Source of the DNA: a virus | Taxonomy: Duplodnaviria > Caudoviricetes | DNA: 56,018 nucleotides | IMG/VR virus record: IMGVR_UViG_3300005805_000111 | Location: 1-56,018 of that record | Direction: 5' to 3' (one strand) | Shown here: positions 1 to 9,217 of the stretch, piece after piece | Layout of the letters: every line of letters begins with the position of its first letter | Position numbering within the stretch: position 1 is the stretch's first letter | Made by a program: the position numbers and the translations under genes | The notes under the pieces: generated by a model | Told to the model about the DNA's origin: nothing | What the model saw: the letters and a program-made list of their open reading frames with translations, nothing else | Database searches by the model: none

Positions 1-160
1 GTAGGGGTAGGACCAGGTACAGCAGGCGTAGGTACGCGGGGAGTAGGGGTAGGACCAGGTACAGCAGGAGCAGGTGCGCCGGGAGTAGGGGTAGGACCAG
101 GTACAGCAGGCGTAGGTACGCGGGGAGTAGGGGTAGGACCAGGTACGGCAGGAGCAGCGC
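1..160. repeat. 42-bp coding tandem repeat (14 aa unit PAVPGPTPTP-RVPT/GAPA), at least ~4 copies, alternating variants
   Basis: gtaggggtaggaccaggtac starts at 1, 43, 85 and 127. Confidence 0.95.
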
Positions 161-860
161 CAGGGACACCAACCCCGATTCCCTGTTGCGCGCGACGACT
201 CAGGTCATCATCCTCATTCCAATCCCAGTCAATTCTCCGACCTAGTTCGCGAAGACGCGAAACACGATCCAAAAGACGATCACGCAGTTCTGTCGCACGC
301 GTCCGTCTAGCAACACGCGGAGATGGTGTTCCATCTGGCAGGATGCCACGACGGGCAAGCGCCCGAGCACGACGCGCGGCCATAAGCGGAGTATCAACTC
401 CCTCTTGCGCCCAATCCTCCAACGCGGCACCAGTGCGGCGCGCACCAGCACCAAGACCAAGTTCCGTATCTCTACCACTAGCAAGCCTTCGAGCACCCAA
501 ACCCAAGCCAAGGCTTGTTAGTCTTTCCCCAAGTCGTGCCGCCAGTCGGCGCACAAAGCCAGTAGTACAGCCTTCTCCAAGGCGATTAGTGAACTGTCCA
601 GCGGCCGGTGTTTCTGGCGGACAGCGGAACTGTCCTGCCACTGGATCCCACACAGCGCGCTTCTGTTGAATCTCAAAAAGCAGAGCATTTTTTGTGGAGT
701 CTGACTCAAAGGCAACAGCCTTGTAGTTGACCATGTCATTCCATGCGTTGAATGACGAGTGGTCAATAATTGCGTTTACTACCCTAGGCGAACGTTGTCC
801 GCTATTGATTGTTTTTGTGCGCACGCCATCATTGGCCAGACTCTTAGTTTCAAATGTCAT
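1..860 (-). CDS. Head-operon protein, partial (runs off the left edge; not in ORF track); RCP..GQF..C motif, Arg-rich segment, Pro/Thr-rich repeats
   Basis: ATG at 860-858 overlaps the TGA of the upstream gene (ATGA). Hand translation is open to position 1: MTFETKSLANDGVRTK...FRCPPETPAAGQFTNRLGEGC...PAVPGPTPTPRVPT. Confidence 0.85.
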   Translation of the reverse strand, partial: MTFETKSLANDGVRTKTINSGQRSPRVVNAIIDHSSFNAWNDMVNYKAVAFESDSTKNALLFEIQQKRAVWDPVAGQFRCPPETPAAGQFTNRLGEGCTTGFVRRLAARLGERLTSLGLGLGARRLASGRDTELGLGAGARRTGAALEDWAQEGVDTPLMAARRARALARRGILPDGTPSPRVARRTRATELRDRLLDRVSRLRELGRRIDWDWNEDDDLSRRAQQGIGVGVPGAAPAVPGPTPTPRVPTPAVPGPTPTPGAPAPAVPGPTPTPRVPTPAVPGPTP

Positions 861-2947
861 GTCAATCCAACGAATTCAAAAAGTCTCTTCTTGGAGGAGC
901 GCAGCGTTTGAAGCCTACGTTCAAATATTTCTCTCATCAGGTCAAGCCTAACCTGTTCAGGCTTGGTCAGTTTACCATCGGCCGTAAGTCGCCTAATGTA
1001 ATCCTCCCACTTAAATTCCTCGGCCCTTTTAATTGTGTCATTATAAAGGTTGAGCAGAACCTGTCGTTGCCTTGCTGAAACATCAGCAAAAACATCCCTA
1101 TATGCGCCACCGTCCCTGTCATACCAGGCTCCAAGAACCTGCACCCGCCGTTGACGCAACTCTTCGGCAGATAGGCCGACACCAGCAGCCAACGGGTCTC
1201 CAGTAGAGAACGTTCTATTACGATTACCAACACGAACGGTAGCCAAATTCTGTTCATTTCTGCCACGGTTATCTAAAAGGTAATCAGCAATCGTCAAAGT
1301 AAAAAGGTCCTTAATATTTGGACGCAAAAGCGGATCGGCATCAAAAGAGCCATCGACAATATTAGACCTATCTTCAAATATTGAACCCCGCATCTCGTTT
1401 TCGCCGTCAGGGAAAACGCGACCAGACCTCAGGCCAAGATAACTCTGAATATCCGAAGAGACACGGCGGGAAAGATGTTCAAAGTCATCTTTAGCAGGAG
1501 CAGAAACCCAGCGATTACCACGACCACCATCAAAGATGGTCGTTCGATTTTTCCCTCGCTTTTTATCAAACCGGCTACTCCGAGCGAGAGCGCGTCCCAA
1601 AAATTCGGGTGGCACATCCGCAAGAGACCCACCACCGTTAATATGTGCTATAGCCTCTTCAAGAGATGAGATGTTCTTCTCTGATGCAGTCCCAGCAGAT
1701 TGCCTTGCTACGCGTTCTGTTTTCCAGGGAGCCTGCGAACGGTCTCGACCAGGAGCATTCGCTGCCATAAACTTTCGGTAAACCCACCGCCTCACGTCCA
1801 CCTTCTGGCCGTTCCTGGTGGCAGTAATAATATCGTTGGCGTCCTCTACATCAGGAATATTTTCCCTATAGGTCAAGGCCCCCTCCGACTGTTCCGCAAT
1901 AGCCCTCAGGCGGTCGCCGCCATCGAACGGTTTTGCATCAGCCCGAGAAGTTTGTGCCCACAGCCGACCAAGACGACGACGGTCGCCGTTGCTTAATTCA
2001 CGAGTTGCTTCTAGTGTTGTAGTGCCACCACCTGGCAATACATTATGTAGGGCTCGAACCTTATTCTGCCAAATAAGCGGAGCATGCTCAACGCCAATAT
2101 TTGACGGGCTTTTTACCCCAGCAAAAAACGATGCACCCTCCATGTCGGGACTTTTGCGCACCCCCGCTAAAAATGTGGACGATACAGCGGGAGCCAAAAT
2201 AAACCCGTCGCGCCGCGCCATAAATCTGGCGTCAGGATTCTTCTGGATAACACTGACAATTCCATCAAATGCTGTTTGCACACGACGCGCACTGGGCCCA
2301 CCGATCCTAGGAATCTGAGCATTACGCTGAATCTGAATTGTGCTACCGCTCAGGGGGCCGCCACCAAGAGCACGAATCATTGCCTCAGACGGCGGAGCCT
2401 TCAAAAATGGTCTATTCAATGCCGTAAGTCCCAGCAAGCGCCGATTAGGTAACTCAAAAAGAATTCGACCACAATTGCCGAAACCGCGAGTAGCAAATCT
2501 TCCGCCGTTCTCGTAGCCCGCAGGGCAGCGCAACTGGGCTCGACGCGCACGCCTTGCAATACCCAAAACCCCAGGAACACCGCCCCCTCGACCAATACGC
2601 CCGAAGCCTCCCCCACCACCGGGAGTGATAGCAGAAAATACTGCTGATCGCGGGTTTGTGAACGGGGTCGTGTCGCCTGGAAGAAGAAGTGAGCCAAGGG
2701 CCTGTCCGGCGCGACCAACAGCGCTCTCGTCGCGAATAATGCCAGCCTTTATATCAATACTGCTCTTAGTCTGCTTGTATTCGTCAAGCAATTTGAGAGC
2801 AACGGTCGCCTTCAAATTGATCACATTGCGGGACGCTAAGCCAGGCTTATTGGCGACACGTGCCGTCGGTTCATACTCGAATACACGACGAACAATGGGG
2901 ACAACTAAACCATTCTTGTCGTCGTCTTCGGGTTTTTCATCCCACAT
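857..2947 (-). CDS. Putative internal virion protein with RCP motif and C-terminal degenerate HipA/PI3-PI4 kinase-like domain
   Basis: Long ORF; likely start ATG 2947 (MWDEKP) after AAGGGTG. EHLSRRVSSDIQSYLGL and ADYLLDNRGRNEQN resemble the kinase alphaC helix and DxLLxNxDRxxxN catalytic loop. Confidence 0.6.
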   Translation of the reverse strand: MWDEKPEDDDKNGLVVPIVRRVFEYEPTARVANKPGLASRNVINLKATVALKLLDEYKQTKSSIDIKAGIIRDESAVGRAGQALGSLLLPGDTTPFTNPRSAVFSAITPGGGGGFGRIGRGGGVPGVLGIARRARRAQLRCPAGYENGGRFATRGFGNCGRILFELPNRRLLGLTALNRPFLKAPPSEAMIRALGGGPLSGSTIQIQRNAQIPRIGGPSARRVQTAFDGIVSVIQKNPDARFMARRDGFILAPAVSSTFLAGVRKSPDMEGASFFAGVKSPSNIGVEHAPLIWQNKVRALHNVLPGGGTTTLEATRELSNGDRRRLGRLWAQTSRADAKPFDGGDRLRAIAEQSEGALTYRENIPDVEDANDIITATRNGQKVDVRRWVYRKFMAANAPGRDRSQAPWKTERVARQSAGTASEKNISSLEEAIAHINGGGSLADVPPEFLGRALARSSRFDKKRGKNRTTIFDGGRGNRWVSAPAKDDFEHLSRRVSSDIQSYLGLRSGRVFPDGENEMRGSIFEDRSNIVDGSFDADPLLRPNIKDLFTLTIADYLLDNRGRNEQNLATVRVGNRNRTFSTGDPLAAGVGLSAEELRQRRVQVLGAWYDRDGGAYRDVFADVSARQRQVLLNLYNDTIKRAEEFKWEDYIRRLTADGKLTKPEQVRLDLMREIFERRLQTLRSSKKRLFEFVGLT

Positions 2948-2957
2948 GGGGCACCCT

Positions 2958-4709
2958 TCAGTTTTCGACGTCTTTGTTTTCTTCCAAGGCCAGCAACTCA
3001 AACTCAAGAATGCTAGCCATCAACTCAGGATCATCTTCGATGGTTAGGGACTTCGCCCCATCAGACCATTCTGCGGGGAGCATGTCTTGAAGACCAAGCG
3101 CACGGGCACGCTTCTTGATATGGGCCTTTGCGGCATCAATGTCTTTCGCTCGACCATGAGCCTGAATAGCATTGCGCAAGTCGGCCTCGTCCTTGATCGG
3201 GAATGAACCATCGGGCATGGCCTCACCGGAGTCAGCCATATCCTGACGGGCCTCTATGCCGTACGCCCGCTTCAGGGCAATTTCAGCAATTTCTGCTTCA
3301 ATCGCTAGCGCTTCGACTGCGTCATAGGTATCGTACCCAAGAACTTGCCCGTCGAGACTGACATAAACATCATAAGAGTTTCCGTCAGCACCGCTAATTT
3401 CAACCGCATACGACTCGTTCCCCTCAAACTCGTCTGCGTCGATAGAAACAATTTCTCCCTCGATTGACTTAACGGCAATTTGTCCGGCCTCTTCGAATGA
3501 AATGATTTTCTGGGCAGAATCGGCAGACTTGACATCGATCTGTTCGGAGTCAAGTTCCTTCCAGCCCTTGCATCGTGCATCCTGACCATCAAAAATTGCT
3601 TCGATGATCGCATTATCACGCTTAACCTGTACGACGAAAACATCCTTAACGTCGGAATATCCGGAGGTCAGAATCTTACCGCCAAAGGTTCCTTCGGCGA
3701 TGCCCTGAATTTCAATGAGCGTCGGAAGACCCTGTTCTGGGGCGCATCCACCAGGACAGGCAACGCAAGGGGCGGAAGTTCCAGCAAGCATTTTCTGCTG
3801 GAATCCGCAGACATAGGCGTCGTCATCCCAGTCTTCGGACTTGACGCCCATCGACTGCATGCGCTGCATGCGTGCCTCGCGTCGCTTTCTCATTTCTTCC
3901 TCTGCCATGCGCTCCATCTCAGATGCGCCGTCGCCGCCCATTCCCATGCCCATTTTCTCGTCAGACATTTCGTCATCCTCGGAGTTGGCGGTCATAAGTT
4001 TGGTTCCGCACTGCGAGCAGAATTTTGCGTTCTTGCTGTTCTTGTAGGAGCACTTTGGGCAAATGGTCTTGTCCTCGTCAGCGGCCTCTGGTTCGGCTTC
4101 CGGCTCGGCTTGCCCTTCCGGCATTCCTGTCGGTTCGGGCATTTCGCCCTCTGGGGTCATCATTTCCTTACGGCGCATACGGCGACGCAACGCACGGAAC
4201 ATGCCCTTTTCCTCATCGTCGAGCATGTCTTCGTCTTCGTATTCGTTACCATTTTCGTCCATTTTGCGCATGCGACGACGAAGCATTCGCAACATTCCCT
4301 TTTCTTCGTCGGAGAGAAGGCTTTCGTCCTCGTCAAAATCTTCGTCATTCATCATCTTCTCGTCCAACTTCTGCTGGACCGCGAGGGCGCCACACTTGCC
4401 GCAAACTTTTGCGCCCTTCTCGTAGCCGCATTCGCCAGCAGGGAGGTCTTTCGCGCAGGAAAGAAGGCCGCCATCGGCATCAATTTTCACTACGGCCTTT
4501 TCATCCATGTCCATTGTTTCGTTCTCCTTGTATTGCATTGATCGTGATGTGCAGGTTTTGGGTGACGAGCAACTTGGGCACGGGGCCATGCGCTTTTCGG
4601 CTGTCACCATACACTGATATTTTGGTTGTGTTTTATCCAGTGCTTTGGCTAAGCCATCTCCTTGCGGAGAGTCACTTTGTTCTACAGAATCATTCTCCCT
4701 GTTGGTCAT
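2958..4709 (-). CDS. Multidomain head-associated protein: Cys-rich zinc ribbons, acidic/Met-rich linker, two PepSY-like repeats, C-terminal PDGSFPI domain (DUF6582-like)
   Basis: CPKC..NAKFCSQCG; ISFEEAGQIAVKSIEGEIVSID...YAVEI..ADG..YDVYVSLDGQVLG; AMPDGSFPIKDEADLRNAIQAHGRA...HIKKRARALG. Confidence 0.65.
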   Translation of the reverse strand: MTNRENDSVEQSDSPQGDGLAKALDKTQPKYQCMVTAEKRMAPCPSCSSPKTCTSRSMQYKENETMDMDEKAVVKIDADGGLLSCAKDLPAGECGYEKGAKVCGKCGALAVQQKLDEKMMNDEDFDEDESLLSDEEKGMLRMLRRRMRKMDENGNEYEDEDMLDDEEKGMFRALRRRMRRKEMMTPEGEMPEPTGMPEGQAEPEAEPEAADEDKTICPKCSYKNSKNAKFCSQCGTKLMTANSEDDEMSDEKMGMGMGGDGASEMERMAEEEMRKRREARMQRMQSMGVKSEDWDDDAYVCGFQQKMLAGTSAPCVACPGGCAPEQGLPTLIEIQGIAEGTFGGKILTSGYSDVKDVFVVQVKRDNAIIEAIFDGQDARCKGWKELDSEQIDVKSADSAQKIISFEEAGQIAVKSIEGEIVSIDADEFEGNESYAVEISGADGNSYDVYVSLDGQVLGYDTYDAVEALAIEAEIAEIALKRAYGIEARQDMADSGEAMPDGSFPIKDEADLRNAIQAHGRAKDIDAAKAHIKKRARALGLQDMLPAEWSDGAKSLTIEDDPELMASILEFELLALEENKDVEN

Positions 4710-6889
4710 TGTTTGCGACTTATCTTATACTGGGTGCCACCTGCAGATTTCTTGCCGTAAGTAGCGCTAAAAGATTTTAGTGCATTTGTAATGGCTTTCT
4801 CGGCATCTACGGAAAGTGTTTCTTTAGAAAACTCTAGACCACTTTCTGTGGCTTTACAGTCAATCTTGTGATAATTGATAATTGGGTTGAGGTGCTCCCT
4901 GAGAGAGAAAAGTTCCGAAATTGGTGCTTCGATGAGGACCTTCGTTTGACCTGTGCTTCGCTTCGGCTCACCATCAATAATTGCACTATCTATAATTTCA
5001 GCCAGTTTGATGAGTTGCTTGGCGTCGGACGAACTGATTATCTCAACAATCTGATCCAAGGGATCCTGCTTCTTGCCGCATCCGCAGTTACATCCGCCGC
5101 CCGCCCCCTCAGGCTTGAACCAATTATGCTCTACTTCATTATCATAATCGTCATCGCCAACATGGACCCAGTTTGAATCGTCGCCAATGAACTGCATGAA
5201 CTCGGGCTCATCGTCCATGAATTCTTTCAGAACCATGTTCGCAAACTTTACATCTGTTTCAGTGACTGGACCGTCATCGGTGTCATCATCTTCTGAGTAC
5301 ATGCCCATCATCGGATCAGCCTTCTTGGGATTGGCAAGCCTAGAAAGTCGAGTATTAAACTGATCATCGGACCAGAGGGAGCCGCCAACAACCCCGCGAA
5401 TCTTCTTTCGACAGTTCTTCATCCCAGGATGATGACAACCCTCGTTTGGCCATAGTCCAGTCGTTTCATGGTGAAGCCACGCGCAGATATTCTGCAATGG
5501 GTATAGTTCTGGGTGGTCGGCCAAGATGACCAGGCAACGACGAAAGCCGCCTGGCTTGCGCATGATGGGTCGCCAGTAGCGAAGAAGCCTTTCCAGGTTC
5601 CCTCGACGCGGACCGTATCCGCGCAATATGTCGCCAGTGATATTTTCCTGCGGAATGACATCCGGTGGGATCGGGGCCTTTTGCTCTTCATCGGGCCAGG
5701 AGGCGAAGTTTTGTCCGACGCGACCAGCGACCGGGGTAAACACTGTCTGTGCTACAACTCGTTCCGGTTCGCCAACCATGAACTCGTTTTCATCTTCCTC
5801 ATAATGATACGAGACCCGCATTGTTTCAGCCGGTGAGTCGTTACGCTCAATATCGAATACAACAATATTTTCGTCCATTACTCGGATGCGGACTCGACCA
5901 GAAAACTTTTCAGAAAGCGCCTTTGCCAATGCAGTTGCCCGCTCTTCGCCGCTCTCAGTCAGCGTGTTCGCACCGTAATAGCCTTTTTCTTCCGGCCCTA
6001 AGTCAAGCCCCTTCTTTTTTCGGTCCTCGATTTTCGCTATTTCTGCGCGCACTAAATCTTTCATATGCTTCTCGCCACGGCTGCCAATCGCCAACCACTT
6101 TATCTGGGCTATGACGCCTGGAAGACGGAAGTCCTTCTCGTGCCTTGCGACCCACGCCTCGCGCAGTTCGAGCGCCGCTATTTGCGCGTCTGTCGTTGCG
6201 CTGCCCCCTGCTTCCGCGATTTTTGAAAGTATCTCGTATTGTGCGTTTCCCTTGATGTTGCCGCCCTTGCGCCACAGTTCTGGGTACTCCGTTCTAATCA
6301 TCTCTGCAAACGCCCGATCAAACATCGGCCACTTGCTCTTACGGAATGACGTCACCTTGTCTTCTGGCTTGTCTGACTTGATGGAGATCGTTGCGGTCAG
6401 TTGATTTGCGCCATGAAGAACTGGCGAAACTTCGTAGAGTTCAACCTCCTTAAGAATATTGGCTTGACGCTGACTATCGTAAATGGCATCAAGGGTTTTG
6501 TATCCGATTGACCATTCCTGGTCTGCTCCGAAGAACATGACATCGGAGAAAGCCTGACGGCCCCTTTCTGACTTCAGGTTAAACTGGACGCGGGCGTACA
6601 GTCCGCCAACGTTTGCCTGACGCATTTTTCCTGGTAGACGGGGGTCGCCGGGACGAACCTCATAGATTTCAAGGACCTTGCCGATCGGGCTATTCCAGTC
6701 GTGTCCCCAGACAACTCTTGGATTTCGGCGACGCAGGCTCGAATCAAAGGCTCCAGGGATGATGATGTCTCCGACGGAGTCCTTATTGCCAATGGCGGCA
6801 ACAAAACATTCGACGATGCCCTGGGCTTCGTCGATATTGAATTGTCCTGGATTTGCTTTGAATTCAAAAAGGTCTGTCGCGGCGGGCAT
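4706..6889 (-). CDS. HK97-family prohead (capsid maturation) protease with ~550 aa C-terminal extension
   Basis: GNKDSVGDIIIPGAF, VVWGHDWNSPIG (His), WSIGY (Ser), LYEVSPVLHGAN (Glu); directly downstream of the portal. Confidence 0.92.
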   Translation of the reverse strand: MPAATDLFEFKANPGQFNIDEAQGIVECFVAAIGNKDSVGDIIIPGAFDSSLRRRNPRVVWGHDWNSPIGKVLEIYEVRPGDPRLPGKMRQANVGGLYARVQFNLKSERGRQAFSDVMFFGADQEWSIGYKTLDAIYDSQRQANILKEVELYEVSPVLHGANQLTATISIKSDKPEDKVTSFRKSKWPMFDRAFAEMIRTEYPELWRKGGNIKGNAQYEILSKIAEAGGSATTDAQIAALELREAWVARHEKDFRLPGVIAQIKWLAIGSRGEKHMKDLVRAEIAKIEDRKKKGLDLGPEEKGYYGANTLTESGEERATALAKALSEKFSGRVRIRVMDENIVVFDIERNDSPAETMRVSYHYEEDENEFMVGEPERVVAQTVFTPVAGRVGQNFASWPDEEQKAPIPPDVIPQENITGDILRGYGPRRGNLERLLRYWRPIMRKPGGFRRCLVILADHPELYPLQNICAWLHHETTGLWPNEGCHHPGMKNCRKKIRGVVGGSLWSDDQFNTRLSRLANPKKADPMMGMYSEDDDTDDGPVTETDVKFANMVLKEFMDDEPEFMQFIGDDSNWVHVGDDDYDNEVEHNWFKPEGAGGGCNCGCGKKQDPLDQIVEIISSSDAKQLIKLAEIIDSAIIDGEPKRSTGQTKVLIEAPISELFSLREHLNPIINYHKIDCKATESGLEFSKETLSVDAEKAITNALKSFSATYGKKSAGGTQYKISRKQ

Positions 6890-6982
6890 GCAAGTTTCTC
6901 CAACTTCGCTTATTTACCAATAATACAGTTTTTATTCGTAATTCTGGGGAATGTTTGTCGCCTATCTAATTTCAAGACTTTA

Positions 6983-9217
6983 CTATTTCTTGTCGATTCT
7001 TAGTCTGCATCTGCAGTTGATCGTAAGACTAGGCGGTGCAAGCGGGTCTCCGGGGAACCTGAGGACAGTTCCTTCCTCTATAAAGGAGTTGTTTAGTTCC
7101 ACGGACTTGCCGTCAAGAGATGCGTGGGCGGCCCGAACCTTTGCGTCTCGTCTGGTTATCCACCGCTTTTGAAGGCTGGTTTCGTCATTCTTTTTGCCAA
7201 CTAGATACAGGCCAGCGTTATAGGCGGTTTGTGCCTCGTGTTCTGCGATTATCCGGCGACGGTCTTTCATCAGGTTGGCAAAAACTGCTAGTAGCGCCGT
7301 CTTCAGAAGGGCAGACCGCTCCTCCTCATTTTCCATCGCCATGGCGACCAGGATTGCGGCAGTCAGTTCGTCTCGGGTGGTTTGATTAACCAACTGCAGT
7401 CTGCTGATCTGCGAATCTAGATATTCGTCCAGTTCTTTTTCTTGTATCTGTTCTGAGGCGTCAGGGAAAAGAGTAGTGGAGTTTTGTGCCGCATCTTTAA
7501 TAATCGCTGCAAGAATTGGGCGGGCCTCGGCATTCATTTTTGTATTCCAAGCCTGCATATTGAAAATGGCTCCCGCAGTCATCTTGCCGCTTTCTAGCAA
7601 CTTCTTATTTTTTTCGCCAAGCGCTTTTTCGAGAACTAAACTCTGCTGGTTTTCAAACATTTTTTGTAACCGCAGATCAAGTATTTCAGTCCATCGTTCT
7701 GATGTTTGAACTGCCTTGATGTCTATGTCGTCGAATGGGATAAACGCAGCCTTGGTCATCAGTTCGCCACGATCTTCCGAGAGCGCTCCCCCTGGGACGG
7801 GAGCAGTCGTTGTTTCGACCGGAGGAACTTCTTCGGGAGGAGTGAAGCCCATTCCTGGCTCAACTGCTGGGGCCTGCTGTCCCTGTGGTGGGGCCATCTC
7901 AACTCCGGGCAACGCTCCAGCCTGAACTGCGCTTGTCATTACAGTCTGTGGTCCAGGTGCAGCGGCGCCAGGTTCCGGCACCACGGTGGGCTTTTCGGTG
8001 TTTCCAATTGGGGCAAGGTTCGGGTTTGCCAGCATGGAGTCCATTAGGTCAGATGTGACGCGACCCCTTCCCGTGTTCAAACGATATTCATTGGCGGAGA
8101 TGAGTCCACTACCAAACTCTTGCAAAAGATGCTGCTCTCGCTCCTGTTTTGCAAGGATCAAGGCCGGAACGTCAGTGGTATCAAAATCAATGTAGTAGCG
8201 CGGGTGGAGCACATCAAGGGCGCGCGCAATCGGTTCAAGGTGAGGAAGCATGGTTTCCATCCAGAAAACCTTGATTTCTTCCCCGGCATTAGAAAAGGTT
8301 CGTCCGCTGGCATTGCCTATAACTGACTCGGGCACGCCGAATGCTGCAAGTATTTCTTCCTTTGTTATCTGCCGCATTGAACTGTAGGCGGCATCCCGAG
8401 GTGATGCCCCTGTATCAACAAAGTCCACGCCATCTTCTGAAGCAATGACCGTGGTCCCTCCGGCTCTATTGATATTTCCGCGGAACCTGGAGCGAAGTTC
8501 GTCCTTGTCGTCCTCGTCCATTTCTCCGCGAACAACTATCAACCCACCGGGTCGTCCGTCGTTGACAAGGAAGTTTCGGTTATAGATCTTGGCAAGGTTT
8601 TCAATTTCGATCGCTACTCCGGCTGCTTCCATCGGCGTCAACGAAAGATATGGGTCTAATGGGTGCGGCCGCCTGATCCAAATGACGTCTTCTGGTTTTA
8701 CTCTAATTTTGATGCCGCTGGGCATATCTACTTCGTATCCGGCAACAAATTTGCGGGGGTCGGGAATTGGCGAAGTGTGTTGCGGTGGAAGCAGGTGAAG
8801 CGCAATAAGTTCCCCATTGCGTCCACGCACCTTTTCAATAAACACCCCTCGGGTGCTCATCAAAAGTTGCGACGAAAGCCGGTAGCGGAAAATGAAGGAA
8901 TCCTCTCCCTCGTTGGAGCGCGAGTTGAGGATTTCGAGGATTTGGTTATCCTCTTCAATGACTGTACCGTTCGGTGAATTGTCGGCGCGCAGGATGATTG
9001 GAAGCCTGGCTTGGTTGCCCGCGATGGCGTCGATGCAGCGGAAAACCCAGGTGACCTTCTGCATGCCTTCTCGGTATGCGCGCTGCATGTCCCAGCCATC
9101 GCGGTATGCCCGCCCTGCCCTAGACGTGTCGAATGCGATCGGTGCACCCGCGTTGAGTCCAGAAGCCTTGACTTGCTCGTTCGCTAGACTTTTAGATTCT
9201 GGCTTATTCCAGGCCAT
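6983..9217 (-). CDS. HK97-family portal protein fused to C-terminal MuF (minor head) domain
   Basis: WVFRCIDAIA, ILAAFGVPESVIG, ISANEYR portal motifs; C-terminal KRWITRRDAKVRAAHASLDG...RFPGDP...INCRC is a MuF signature. Confidence 0.92.
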   Translation of the reverse strand: MAWNKPESKSLANEQVKASGLNAGAPIAFDTSRAGRAYRDGWDMQRAYREGMQKVTWVFRCIDAIAGNQARLPIILRADNSPNGTVIEEDNQILEILNSRSNEGEDSFIFRYRLSSQLLMSTRGVFIEKVRGRNGELIALHLLPPQHTSPIPDPRKFVAGYEVDMPSGIKIRVKPEDVIWIRRPHPLDPYLSLTPMEAAGVAIEIENLAKIYNRNFLVNDGRPGGLIVVRGEMDEDDKDELRSRFRGNINRAGGTTVIASEDGVDFVDTGASPRDAAYSSMRQITKEEILAAFGVPESVIGNASGRTFSNAGEEIKVFWMETMLPHLEPIARALDVLHPRYYIDFDTTDVPALILAKQEREQHLLQEFGSGLISANEYRLNTGRGRVTSDLMDSMLANPNLAPIGNTEKPTVVPEPGAAAPGPQTVMTSAVQAGALPGVEMAPPQGQQAPAVEPGMGFTPPEEVPPVETTTAPVPGGALSEDRGELMTKAAFIPFDDIDIKAVQTSERWTEILDLRLQKMFENQQSLVLEKALGEKNKKLLESGKMTAGAIFNMQAWNTKMNAEARPILAAIIKDAAQNSTTLFPDASEQIQEKELDEYLDSQISRLQLVNQTTRDELTAAILVAMAMENEEERSALLKTALLAVFANLMKDRRRIIAEHEAQTAYNAGLYLVGKKNDETSLQKRWITRRDAKVRAAHASLDGKSVELNNSFIEEGTVLRFPGDPLAPPSLTINCRCRLRIDKK

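Noticed and set aside
1-160. Possible CRISPR array
   Set aside because: Contiguous in-frame coding repeats with no unique spacers.
242-1078. Short track ORFs at the left edge
   Set aside because: Superseded by the open minus-strand frame starting at 860 and by the 857..2947 gene.
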